In this document: piece after piece, positions 10,136 through 21,964 of the stretch | Position numbering within the stretch: position 1 is the first letter of the stretch | How the letters are laid out: each line of letters begins with the position of its first letter | NCBI GenBank assembly: GCA_040437565.1 | Contig: JBDOQK010000029.1 | Coordinates: 310,001-374,000 of the forward strand | DNA length: 64,000 nucleotides | Direction of reading: 5' to 3' | From: Albugo candida | Taxonomy: Eukaryota | Translations under genes and position numbers: made by a program | The notes under the pieces: generated by a model | Database searches by the model: none | What the model saw: only the letters and a program-made list of their open reading frames with translations | Told to the model about the DNA's origin: nothing

Positions 10136-12523
10136 TTACAGCCGGCCATTGTGAAAACGTGCCAAAATTAGTGTGTAGATCGTTTCTAAAATAACGACAA
10201 ACAATACTAAAATACCCATATTTTGTGTAACATTTGCATCTTCAAATCCAAATCGACCAAGTATCTCTTTCGCTGCGATCGAATGAACATGTCGAAAATG
10301 CATATACACAAAAGTCTCAAAAGAATACGAATGAAATGCCAAATAATGCGCCCAGATCCAATAGCCAGGAATCACATCCCGGGGCACCATAAATCCTTCA
10401 CACAGCATAAACATTCCAAAGATTCCAGCACCAAGCGTAATTCCAATCATAAAATGAGGCACCAGTGCTCCAATGACATGCATCATTGACTCCGCAACCA
10501 TCAGAGAAAGAAACAGATTCAATACAAAAACACCAAATCCATTGATCCCAGCCAAAGAGACCACAATCGCGGAAGAAATAAGCGCGATAAGCGCGAGTCC
10601 AGGAATCGATGCAATTAAGTTGGCCACTGTATAACTGATTACATTCAATGAACTGTTTGTGCGCTCACGGATAAATACAGAGCGCTCTTGTATAAAGGCT
10701 GGCAAGACTGCAACCGACATAAACACAAGAAAGGCTTGTATATAGAACAATAATGTCACGACATCATACTCAGTGATACGATCATTGGTGTATAAGAACA
10801 TAGTGCCACCCATCACAGCGAGACAAATGTTCATCACTAAACGAATCCAAAGTATTCCAGGATTGCGAAGGTTATTGAGCAAGTTACGATAAAGTAAAAC
10901 CATAAATTGGGACCATGCGGATGAGTTCAGTTGTCGAGTATGTAGCGGCTCCCACATCAGACAGTGTACATCCTCGATTGACTTGAGGGTTTGCTGATTG
11001 AACTCACTATCTTCAAATTTGTGTACCAGTTCTTCAACATTCACACTATTCTCTTCATCGTAGTCTCGATTGATTAATGTGAGGATGAATTCAGCTGGAT
11101 TGGAGTATAAGGGACACTCATGACCCAAAAGTGTGAAATATTCCCGTGCTTGTATGCCCGAGCCAAAATAAACAACAGCGCCTTCTGTTAAGAACATAAC
11201 GTCGTCAAACATACTGAATACTCGTGAGGAAGGTTGATGAATCGTGCATATTGTCGACTTGTTATCTCGCTGACAGAGTTTTTGTATGTATCGTATTGTA
11301 TGAAATGCCGAATTGGAATCCAAGCCAGAAGTAGGCTCGTCCATCAATAAAATGCTTGGATTCGACAGTAACTCAATTGCCACACTAAGTCGCCGTTTCT
11401 GACCTCCTGAAAGTCCTTTACGATAAATATCGCCCACAATTGTATCTCTACAACTTTGTAGACCCATTTCTCCCATTACAAAGTCCACTTGTTGGCGGAT
11501 TGTATTTTTTGTGCACTTCTCCGGCGATAGAGTTAATTTTGCGGCCATCATCAGTGTCTCCATAACCGTGAAAGAGCCCAAAAGTGCGTCTTCTTGCGCC
11601 ACATAACTCGCAATCGCTCGAAAATCCGAGTTTTTTCGGTCAATCCCATTAAGTTCGATAGTTCCTTGCAAGTCGGCATTTCGGTGTACTCTATCCGCAA
11701 GAATATTCAATAGTGTGGTTTTCCCGGAACCCGAAGGACCCAAAATAGCAACAAGGCGTCCGGGCGTGATGCACCCTGAGACGTCTCGAAGTATCGTTTT
11801 CTTCCCATGGGACTTTTTCCTATTGGGAATTGTGTATGTGAGATGGTTCCATGNNNNNNNNNNNNNNNNNNNNNNNNNNNNNNNNNNNNNNNNNNNNNNN
11901 NNNNNNNNNNNNNNNNNNNNNNNNNNNNNNNNNNNNNNNNNNNNNNNNNNNNNTAACTCAATTGCCACACTAAGTCGCCGTTTCTGACCTCCTGAAAGTC
12001 CTTTACGATAAATATCGCCCACAATTGTATCTCTACAACTTTGTAGACCCATTTCTCCCATTACAAAGTCCACTTGTTGGCGGATTGTATTTTTTGTGCA
12101 CTTCTCCGGCGATAGAGTTAATTTTGCGGCCATCATCAGTGTCTCCATAACCGTGAAAGAGCCCAAAAGTGCGTCTTCTTGCGCCACATAACTCGCAATC
12201 GCTCGAAAATCCGAGTTTTTTCGGTCAATCCCATTAAGTTCGATAGTTCCTTGCAAGTCGGCATTTCGGTGTACTCTATCCGCAAGAATATTCAATAGTG
12301 TGGTTTTCCCGGAACCCGAAGGACCCAAAATAGCAACAAGGCGTCCGGGCGTGATGCACCCTGAGACGTCTCGAAGTATCGTTTTCTTCCCATGGGACTT
12401 TTTCCTATTGGGAATTGTGTATGTGAGATGGTTCCATGTGAGCGCGAATCGGGCGTTCGCATTGCACTTTGGCATAATGTTTGAAGTGAGATCAGAGCAG
12501 TCTACTGAATGGTAATCGGGCAT
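10136..12523 (-). CDS. ABCG (White-family) half transporter, about 600 aa once the assembly duplication is removed
   Basis: Walker A GPSGSGKT, signature LSGGQKRR, LLMDEPTSGLD and HQP, followed by an ABC2-type TM domain. 11369-11853 duplicates 11954-12438 across a gap. Confidence 0.92.
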   Translation of the reverse strand: MPDYHSVDCSDLTSNIMPKCNANARFALTWNHLTYTIPNRKKSHGKKTILRDVSGCITPGRLVAILGPSGSGKTTLLNILADRVHRNADLQGTIELNGIDRKNSDFRAIASYVAQEDALLGSFTVMETLMMAAKLTLSPEKCTKNTIRQQVDFVMGEMGLQSCRDTIVGDIYRKGLSGGQKRRLSVAIELXXXXXXXXXXXXXXXXXXXXXXXXXXXXXXXXXXWNHLTYTIPNRKKSHGKKTILRDVSGCITPGRLVAILGPSGSGKTTLLNILADRVHRNADLQGTIELNGIDRKNSDFRAIASYVAQEDALLGSFTVMETLMMAAKLTLSPEKCTKNTIRQQVDFVMGEMGLQSCRDTIVGDIYRKGLSGGQKRRLSVAIELLSNPSILLMDEPTSGLDSNSAFHTIRYIQKLCQRDNKSTICTIHQPSSRVFSMFDDVMFLTEGAVVYFGSGIQAREYFTLLGHECPLYSNPAEFILTLINRDYDEENSVNVEELVHKFEDSEFNQQTLKSIEDVHCLMWEPLHTRQLNSSAWSQFMVLLYRNLLNNLRNPGILWIRLVMNICLAVMGGTMFLYTNDRITEYDVVTLLFYIQAFLVFMSVAVLPAFIQERSVFIRERTNSSLNVISYTVANLIASIPGLALIALISSAIVVSLAGINGFGVFVLNLFLSLMVAESMMHVIGALVPHFMIGITLGAGIFGMFMLCEGFMVPRDVIPGYWIWAHYLAFHSYSFETFVYMHFRHVHSIAAKEILGRFGFEDANVTQNMGILVLFVVILETIYTLILARFHNGRL
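11369..12438. other. 485-bp apparently identical duplication around gap 11854-11953 (assembly artefact)
   Basis: 11369-11853 equals 11954-12438. Confidence 0.9.
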
Positions 12524-12535
12524 CGAATACAATCA

Positions 12536-12549
12536 AAAAGAGAAAATGA
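12536..12549 (-). promoter_or_regulatory. Oomycete INR+FPR-like core promoter element upstream of the ABCG gene
   Basis: The minus strand reads TCATTTTCTCTTTT, fitting TCATTYBNNNWTTY, just 5' of the ATG at 12523. Confidence 0.35.
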
Positions 12550-12736
12550 TTCAGTGGTCGCTCCAGTTGTCCAGACACTCGCCAACTGGGATCAGATAAA
12601 GAGCGTCGTTTAAGAGTGATAATAAGAAGAAAGGCGTGTTAAGGGTGCGAATACATGCGGACAAAAAACATAAGTATTTGAATTCAAAGGTGAATTTCAT
12701 ACATATGGACGTAATCTGAGACCAGAACGCAGTCGT

Positions 12737-12967
12737 CTAGACACTTTGATTATAAGGAACCATCTCATGAATTTCTTGTGCTAGCAAAATTCGAATTTTG
12801 CGAAGTTCTGATTCTTCGTTTGGAGCTTCTATTAAAGCGACATGACCAGTTACTGGATCCACACTATATAAGAGCCCGTGGATGTAGCTCAAATCGTTTA
12901 AATGAACGGTCACTTGTTTGTCAATGAGGGAGAAGGACGCATTGATGTCGATCGAATGTCGCGTCAT
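12737..12967 (-). CDS. Small Sm/LSm-fold protein, Gemin6-like
   Basis: LIDKQVTVHL...IHGLLYSVDPVTGHVALI resembles the Sm1 motif, with the DPV turn typical of Gemin6. 76 aa. Confidence 0.6.
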   Translation of the reverse strand: MTRHSIDINASFSLIDKQVTVHLNDLSYIHGLLYSVDPVTGHVALIEAPNEESELRKIRILLAQEIHEMVPYNQSV

Positions 12968-13664
12968 TATGGTGGAACAATAAAATAGGGTATTGATATC
13001 CCGACAACTTTTTTTTAAATTACGGCATGACTAATTAAATTATTACTCTCACAACATTTTCTGTATTGCAAAATACATAAATGATTCACATATCTAGCTA
13101 ATTACATCCATACACACCATAACTTGCTGCTCCAACAACTTCAATCGAGAATTAATTGTGATTGGCTAATACACAGAACGTTCCAGCTGTGATTGGGTAA
13201 TACATATGACAATCTCCATTTGACACATAGCAATATCAGACACAGGGAAAAATGCAGGTGCAGCAATTGCGGAAAGATCGGCCATAACAAGCGGTCTAGC
13301 AGAATCCCGGTTACAAGATTAGATTCAGGACAAGCTTTGGTAAAAAATTAGATATTCTTCCTTCACAGTGTGAAATAGCTTTTGCCTCTTTACGGCACAT
13401 TATAGCTCAACAAACTGGCAATGAATCGTCTATTAATAATGAGTGCTTAGCTCAGTCAAAGGTGTCTATATCTACTAGAATTAGCCTTAGACGTGAATGA
13501 CTTCGATGTGATTTAATATCAAAAATAAAAATGTAATTAAGAAAAATTGTCGGGATATCAATACCCATAGAAAATGCGGACAATGTAAAAAACACATTGG
13601 GAAGAAATGAAATGTATTGGTGGAAAAACAAACTGTCAAGAAATCACACTTACTTTTCATCCAA

Positions 13665-16600
13665 TCATGTTGGCTGCGATGAAGGCTTCTCAATGTATAC
13701 CCAAAGAACGATGAAAATGATGCCAAATGCAATCGAAGTGGACCCCATAAAGTTTCCTTGATCCATTAAACTCTGGTAACTCCATCCAAAGTATTCCTGG
13801 ATGCTCATTCGCACGCTTGGGCCGAGTTTGTACGCAAGGAACAGACCCATCATAATGCTTGCAAACAATAGAGAAGCTCCATGCGATGTCTGAGCGCTAT
13901 TGTATCCTGAAAGGAATCGTACCATTGCCCATATAACACCTACAACAGACGCAAGGAATACCAAAACGTTTGGAAGTTCGGAAAGTGATCCACGAGATGC
14001 TCCACCAGTGTTAAACCATCGAGGCTCTTTTCCAGTGATTTTCCACCAAATTGCTTCCAATACAGCCATACACATTGTGAACGCATACGCAAACCACACT
14101 TCTTGTGAGCGTACAACATCACTGTTCTCCACTGTTCGATTACTTAATGCTGAGAGAACTCCTTGTACCAACAATTTTGGAACCAGAGCCACCAGTAAAC
14201 GTAATCCTGCCATGTAGATTGGCGCAAGACCACTGTAGAGGAAGTAGATGGTGATGTAGTAAAACAGTACGGCAGTCAATGATCCCAATGAGTACAATGT
14301 CGCGTTGTAATAAAAGACTTTGCGCATGAAATGGTTGGGTTTGTGATGCTCAGGAAGAGCTACTTGTGGACGCTTCCATTGTGGATCGATGTAATCTTTG
14401 GTTTTACTCATAAGTGCGATTTGAAAGTTTCCTTTAGCCCATCGTTTACGTTGAGCCAATGAACTCGCCACTGAGTCAGGAATCAGACCTTCGGCTAATC
14501 TAATTCGCTCCTGTGCTTCGCCTTCAAAATCTTTTCGAAAGTACAGAGCTTTCCATCCCAAAGCGCAGAGCATCTGACCAGTGTAACAATCTTCCGTCAG
14601 ACTTCCATATTGAATACCGGCAATCGAATCCAACGCATCGCGACGGAATAACGCGTTCGTACCCGCAAATGAAGCGCAATAGTACCCATCTTGTCCAGTT
14701 TGTATCGCGTCGTAGAAGGTCGCATTACGGTGACCCAAAGGATCGCCAATTTGCAACTGAATACAATCACGAAAGTATTGAGGAGTTTGAACGAATGCAA
14801 CAGCGTTGTCGCGCACATCATCTGAATAAGAGTGCAGGACCGCGACGCCGGAATCTTCGGAATCCGTTCCCTGATTGCATTTTCGACAGATTCCAGTTTT
14901 ACCGAGCAAAACATTGCAGTCCATACAACGGAGTTCTTTCTTGGCAGGTTTGCTATCACTCATGGTTCCGTTTACTTGACGTCGATGCAAATCACTGGAC
15001 ACGTGCATTGCAGTCTCAAAACAGACTTTTGAGCAATAACTGATTCTCTCTTCCGGCACACCAGCGATCTTGCATGAAGCACAACACAATTTGGCAACGC
15101 TATTACAACCAATTCCACAACAAGTGTACTTGACTTTGTCCGGACGATCCTCATCGTGGAAAAAGAACGGCAGAACAGCCATGATGAAACTAGAGTGCGG
15201 TTGCATATCTGTGTCCAAAATCAAAAGATATCGTCCACTTGCGCCTTCATTGTATAGACAATTGTTGATATTTCCGGCTTTCGAATAGTGATTCTCCGGT
15301 TTCACTCGACCAATAAACGTAACATGAGGGAAACCTGAATATCGATAATCATCTCGGAAAGACCCTGCAGCACAATCTGCTCGGTCCACCACACGAGGTC
15401 GCGACGCTGAAGGAAGATTGGCTGAAGAATGCAGCTTTCGCCACGCGTATACTTCCATTTCTTCATTCACATCACAAACTCGATCGTACATAAACTGTGC
15501 GACTTCTTGACGCAAATCCCCAGCACTTTCCAGTACGCCTTTGTTGAGCTCTATCTTTGGAAGCGGGTTGCCTTTGGTCCACTTCGCTTTACAGTATCCA
15601 TCGTCCAAAATGTAAATGTGGAGCAAATGTGGCGGATAACGAAGATTCATGCACGCATTGAGTGTGTCCACACACTCATCAGCAGGCTCAGAATAATGAC
15701 AAATCAGAACATCGACCTTGGGCCATAATTCATCTGGGACTGGAGGATTGAATTCGTCGAAATAGTGTGCACCACGTCGAACTGGACGCCACATTCCTAG
15801 ATAGTACAAAATTCCTAAACTGAAACTAATAAGTTCAGCAAGAATCATGGCGAAATAAGAGACCCATTGCGCGATTGGAGGATCGTGGAAACAGGAAACC
15901 ATATCGACACCAGCAATTTCCATGTACCATTGTGGTGGTGACCACCATCCACTCATCGGCTCTGAGCGACAACGAAGGACATCAAGAGAGGTACTGATAA
16001 TTGTATCGCAATCCACTGATGGACGACCACTATCGCAAGGTTGCAATCCGACAACAAACCAAAATAATAGACCCAAAATTTCAATCACACCCGTCAAAAT
16101 GTACAAAAAGTAGAAAATGCGGTACGTTTTAATACCCTTCATGTAGTATTTTCGGACATTTGGTAGATCTCTCTGGATGATGTTGCCTGCACCATTGGCC
16201 ACAATGGCTCGTTCAAGATCTCCAAACCACATCCGGTACTCATCATCGGTTTCTGGACACAACACCCAGACACGACGTTTAGTGTGAATCTCAAATCCTT
16301 TATGCGGCAAGTCAAGACGAGCACATGGACGCAGTTGTAGTGCATCCTTTAGCTGAATAGCACCGACAACCAAATCAGCATTTCGAGTCGTAAAGTACTG
16401 ACGACATTCTAAATGACTATTAAAGTAATAGATTTTTCCTTTTTCAAGCGCTACAAATTTTCAATGTAAATAAAGTTTCAGGGTATGGGTTATAATAGTA
16501 CGCACCAAAGTACCGTCGTTTCCAGCTTTTGTGGATAGGACCTTTTATTAAACGTTGTCCTTGCTTGCACATATACCCATGAGTGGATATTATGTTGTCA

Positions 16601-16773
16601 TTGTCGTGCCCAAAATCGCAGCGACCCGCCTCGGTCACGTCCATCGGACGTTCCATTGGCTCGTACGGTTCTGCTGCCTGCGCCATAGGTACCTCAGCCG
16701 TACTTTGTTCTTCCAACGTCGGGATATGTACTCTACTGGCTGGAGTATGATGCAATGAGTATTCCTCCGCCAT
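13665..16773 (-). CDS. CesA: Oomycete cellulose synthase with N-terminal PH domain (CesA1/2/4 class), 2 exons
   Basis: GT2 motifs LDDG, KAGNIN, LDTD, FVQTPQ, TED and QRKRW, plus C-terminal TM helices. Intron 16451-16505 (GT..AG) joins SWKRRYF to ALEKGKIYYF in frame, restoring the PH domain. Confidence 0.95.
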
Positions 16774-17481
16774 AATTGATACAGTGAATGATCTTTCTGC
16801 TGCCTATTGACGTGAAATGGTGCCGTTTATCGAAGCAAACACCTTCTGAGGAATTCTTCTTTACTCGTAGGTTCAGCGGGTGCAGAAAATAAAAGTGAGC
16901 ACCAATGTATAATGTACCAGCGGTGAATGGGTGAACTTACGTAATTCTGTGCGAGCTTTCCTTTGTCGCAGAGAATACAGCAAATCAAATATTTGTAGAG
17001 GCGGTGCAATTGCACACGCAGCACGCTGAAATTCGGTAGAGAAAAGCGCCATATTACTGAGTAGGAATAGGGGTTTCAACCCTACCTCGAAAAAGCACCG
17101 GTGATCGAAAGGCACATTATTTGCGATTAAGTGTGTTATGTGACTTTACATTTGTAAAGCACAGATAATCACGTTTGTAATATTACAGGTTTTCCGCATC
17201 TTATATGGTATAAGGTAATTTCAATATATTAACCGTATCAAGACACATCTTCTTTCTTTGCCTCTATGCAAAAATTTGCTCATGTAAAAAGCTGCATGGG
17301 TCATTAATATTGCATTCATGATTGCATTGGAAGCCCGCTCACTAGTGTTTGTGGGTATTGGACCATTTCCCGGTATACGTTATGTGCATCATTGCGGAAT
17401 TCACCCAAATTAACGTGGTGCAATCAACTTTATTTAGGTACACAATCCCCCTCCGCTGATTTTGGGCCTACTTCATAACCC

Positions 17482-18988
17482 ATGTCTTCGATATCGCAAT
17501 TTTACATCCTTTCTAACCGCGGTGATACCATAATCTATAGTGATTACCGCTCGGATGTTGATAGTAAATCTGCAGAGATTTTCTTCCGTAAGGTTAAATT
17601 CTGGGACAAAGGTGACGCGCCTCCCGCATTTAACGTCGACGGTGTTAATTATTTGTACGTGAAGAAAAACGGCTTATATTTTGTGGCCACTACACGCTTC
17701 AACGTGAGTCCTTCGTACATTTTAGAGTTATTAACGCGCTTGTGTCGCGTATTCAAGGATTACTGCGGTGTTTTGTCTGAAGAAACGTTGCGTAAAAACT
17801 TTATTTTGTGCTATGAATTACTCGACGAAACGATCGATTACGGATTTGCCCAAGATACGAGCACAGAAGGTCTTAAGGTCCATGTGCATAATGAAGCAAT
17901 TCTCGTTGGGGATGCCGCTCTTGCGAAACAAAAAAGCGGCAATAAATTTATGACTCGTTCCTCGAATATCAAAGCAGCAAGCGCTGTGAAGAAACCAGTT
18001 GCTACAGCTGGACAGAGTGGAAAAACCAAGGATGAGAATGAATTATTTTGTGATATTCTGGAGCGTTTGAATGTGGTGTTTTCCTCTGGCGGTCAAATGC
18101 TTAATGCTTCGATTGAAGGTCGAATTCAACTGAAAAGTTACTTATCTGGAAATCCTGAATTACGATTGGCGCTTAATGAAGATCTCGTGATTGGAAATCA
18201 AGGTCAGCGTATGTACGGTCAAGTCGTGCTTGATGACTGTAATTTCCACGATTGCGTTCAATTGGATGAATTTGAACGAGATCGTGTTTTGATTTTTCAG
18301 CCTCCGGACGGCGAATTTACAGTCATTAATTATCGGATAACTGGAGATTTTCGAGCACCGTTCCGCATCTATCCGTTTGTAGAGGAATTATCACCCACGA
18401 AAATTGAAATGGTTTTAAAAATACGAGCAGATATGCCGGACAATAATTATGGAGCAAACGTCATCATACGGTTTCCTGTTCCTCAATCAACTGTGGCTGT
18501 GTCATGTGACATTGGTAAAGGTGCAGCAGGTCAATTAGCAGAGTATCGTGAGAATGAAAATCAAGTGCGATGGGCCATCAAGCGATTTACAGGCGGATCA
18601 GAACTCATGTTACGTGCGAAAATCACATTAGGACAGCCGAGCACTCATGTTCGGCGCGAGATTGGACCGNNNNNNNNNNNNNNNNNNNNNNNNNNNNNNN
18701 NNNNNNNNNNNNNNNNNNNNNNNNNNNNNNNNNNNNNNNNNNNNNNNNNNNNNNNNNNNNNNNNNNNNNCTCATGTTACGTGCGAAAATCACATTAGGAC
18801 AGCCGAGCACTCATGTTCGGCGCGAGATTGGACCGGTCAGCATGAATTTTGAGATTCCGATGTACAACACATCAAGTTTACAAGTACGCTATTTACGAAT
18901 TCCAGAGCACGCTCGTCATCCTAATTATATGTACAAACGTTGGGTGCGTTACGTGACGCAATCCAGCTCGTATATTTGTCGGATTTAA
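17482..18988 (+). CDS. AP4M1: AP-4 adaptor complex mu subunit
   Basis: ISQFYILSNRGDTII, NFILCYELLDE..DYG, LDDCNFHDCV, PPDGEF and C-terminal WVRYVTQSSSYICRI. Split only by gap 18670-18769, whose 66-bp flanks overlap. Confidence 0.9.
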
Positions 18989-19010
18989 CGGAGATAATCG
19001 AGTACGCATT

Positions 19011-19741
19011 CTAGTCTTGCTTCGTTTCTGTACTCATCTCGTGCGCTGTCTGCGTCAAATCGCGCAAGATCTCACACAAGCGTTTGTGATTGTGTACGCG
19101 AGTGGCATACCGATCTTCCGTAAGCTTGATCAGTTTTTTCTTGGGATTGTAGCGCGGTCCGACCAACTCTATGAGAATTTCGATACCCCTTCCGCTCAGC
19201 GTAAATGCTCCTAACGGCACTTCCATAACAACTTTGGTATGAAAAGTGTTTTTATCATCGACGAATAGAATTTCGTCATAATCCTCCAATGGGCAATTGA
19301 CACTCAATTGGACCATAGAGCCGTCAAAGAGAGGATGTATTTGTCGTTGCCACGATTCTAAGGTAGAAGATAAAGGGACTGTCTCAATCCTGAAGGAAGC
19401 ATTTACGTACCATCAAACAGCATCGTGAAATCTTTGAAAATCATCAACTTATCCACCTCATGCTTCATCTCGTTGGAGAATTCAGCAGGATAATCTTCGT
19501 CCCAATAGGCAGGATATTCGAATTTCTCGACAGTAGCCGCATCCTTTGCTTTTTTCTCATTCATAAATGAGAATTTCATGCGAAGCTTGCTACGTTCATC
19601 GAGTGGTTCCTCGAGCGTGTCCAAGTCTGTAGAGGTATTGATAAAGAATCGTGAATATCGACTTTGTTGCTTGAGAGGGAGCAGCGCATGACGATTGCGT
19701 GAGCCGACTGCCGTCGCACTTAATGTTAAGACGCGTTTCAT
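19011..19741 (-). CDS. MRPS35: Mitochondrial small-subunit ribosomal protein mS35 (MRP-S28/Rsm24 family), 2 exons
   Basis: LIELVGPRYNPKKKLIKLTEDRY..R.HN motif; presequence-like N-terminus. Intron 19358-19410 joins the two ORFs in frame. Confidence 0.75.
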
Positions 19742-19798
19742 CGCAGTGATAGCCAATCAATATTGTGTTTCAAATTATTGTAGTGATTTACAGTCCAA

Positions 19799-21632
19799 TC
19801 ATATTGCTACTCTAGTAAGATTCGACTTCTTATTGGATGAAGTGAAGCAAGGTACCGGACCGCTTCCTCTCAAGTTTTGTAATGCTTTCATCAAGTCTTC
19901 ATGCACATCTTTCCAATCGCTGTCTTTGTATGCTCCGTACCTAATGACATTTTTGGGCGTGTAGGCTGCGTTAAATGTATATTCTCCGTCAGGATTTACA
20001 GCCCACAAAAAACCACCCACCATACCAAATTGTTTTGCATACTGCATCACATAGTCAAGGGAACGCGTACTTGTCTTCCCCGGCAGAGTTTCCTTCAAGC
20101 CGTAAATTCCTCCAAATTCACCAAAAAGAACGGGAACCTTCTTTTCTTTCAATATTCCACCAAATGCCGTATTAAGTACGGTCTTAATTGCGTTTTGCAA
20201 GGCGGCGTCTCCAGCAGGAGTATTTTCGTACTCTACAAAATCGATCGATCCATCGGGATTGGTTTTTTGCTCAGCGAAAAAATATGATGTTGGATACAAA
20301 CTAGGCGAATAAAAATGAGGCGCATACACCAATTTGTTGGACATTGATAATTCGATGGGATTTGCCGATTCATTCTGCAAACTGATTCCATACCAATCAC
20401 TATAAGTTACATTCTTGTTATTGGCTTTAAATGGAACTTTTTCGGCGAATAATCCTTCAGCGAAAATCATCCAATTAGGACATTTCTTCAAAATAGCGTT
20501 CCCAATTCGCTCCACAGCTCTAGGCCAATTCTTCTTCTCTGGACAAGTAACATCCGCATCCGACTTTGGCCAACATCCTCCAATGGGTTCATTCTTGATA
20601 TCGACACCCATCACGTTATAATGCAAGCTGTTGCATAACTCAGTGGCCAAAGTCTCATACATCTTCATCATTGCGGCCATTGGCGTTTCTGCAGAGTACC
20701 AAAGTGGTTCCGAAGTCACGCCTTTGTAATCCGGATTCACTTTGTGTATATCGATCAAGACAGCAATCTGCTTCTTCGCTAAGGACTGGATGACTTTCTG
20801 GATCATTTCCATGTATGTTGGTACATTCAATTCAGGACTTTGAAACATATTCACAAACGATTTCAGATTGGGTGCACTATTTGTGATAACCATTTCGGCG
20901 TTAATTGGAAGTCGGACAGCATTAATTTTATGTTTGGCAAGCTTTTCGGCGATATCGTCCTATTAAACGTTGTGAGAATTTATATTGACTAGCATGGGCA
21001 CTTACGATATTGCTTTGTTTGTACGCAAGTCCATGTGGTACGCCTTCGATGTTTTCCATTCCACTCCAATTAACGCCTTGAACAATGAATTCTCGCTCTT
21101 CGGTACCATACGTGATGTAAATTTTGCCATTTGACGTCACATAATTAGGCATCGCACACACTATTTCACAGCTATTAGGAAATGTGCACTCATGAAACTT
21201 GCGACTCATACCTTTTGTCGGTGTGATTTTCTTCGCTTTGAACATCGACCCAGTCATCCTGGCCGACAGATCGTGCTGATCTCTAGCCCGAAGGAATGTT
21301 TGAATACCAAAGTACGTAATCGCGCCAGCGGCACTCAAAATCATGAGAATCAAGAAAAGTGCGCCCGGCCACGTTTGTCTTCTTCCCGAGAACTGTTCTT
21401 TCCGTCCGGAAGCATGGCTGACTCCAAGTGCACCAACTGTTATGTCATTATGGTAGGTACCGCTGGCATTTAGCGCTATTGGCCCGCGCCTTTGGTTCGA
21501 ATTGCCAGACAGCGGATTATCGTCCAAGTACGAGCCGAAACACTCTTGAGCGGAAGTGTCCTTCCAAACTTTGTCACTCGGTAATCGGAACGACTCGAGC
21601 CGACGCGGTGAGGACAAATCATTCGAATGCAT
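19799..21632 (-). CDS. Type II membrane-anchored glycoside hydrolase family 5 endoglucanase
   Basis: GVNWSGME, NAVRLP, acid/base DIKNEP, VYAPHFY and nucleophile FGEFGG. Single internal TM helix WPGALFLILMILSAAGAITYFG. Intron 20960-21005 is required for frame; a probable in-frame intron lies at 21161-21211. Confidence 0.9.
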
Positions 21633-21918
21633 AAATTCCGTATCAATGGGTACTTTTCCAAGTAAGAAATGAATTGTCTTATGTCGGAAAGATCACCGTG
21701 CATGTATACCCCGCCTGCATGTTACTAACGTCTAGGGTCCAGCACGGAAGAGCTCAACATTTTGTGTCAGTTGCTCAGTAGGCAGAGAGTATAATTACAA
21801 ACACAACATACGATTTCGAGTATGCGTTTATAAATGTGGCTTCACGATGATGTATTGAAGGTAATTCGAGACGGAGGAACTTACGGTACTGATACTATAT
21901 GCATTTTGAAAACATTGT

Positions 21919-21940
21919 AAACCCTAATAAGAAACCCTAA
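21919..21940 (+). promoter_or_regulatory. Two tandem telomere-repeat-like boxes (AAACCCTAA) directly upstream of RAP1
   Basis: AAACCCTAA at 21919-21927 and 21932-21940; ATG at 21965. Function is inferred only. Confidence 0.45.
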
Positions 21941-21964
21941 CGGTTGGAATTGAACGCGATTGCA

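Noticed and set aside
11369-12438. ABCG with an apparent tandem double nucleotide-binding domain
   Set aside because: Exact 485-bp duplication around a gap; collapsing it gives a normal half transporter.
17068-17084. Imperfect palindrome TAGGGGTTTCAACCCTA between CesA and AP4M1
   Set aside because: Short and imperfect; compatible with chance.
18604-18835. Apparent frameshift or split in AP-4 mu
   Set aside because: Caused by a 66-bp overlap around a 100-N gap.
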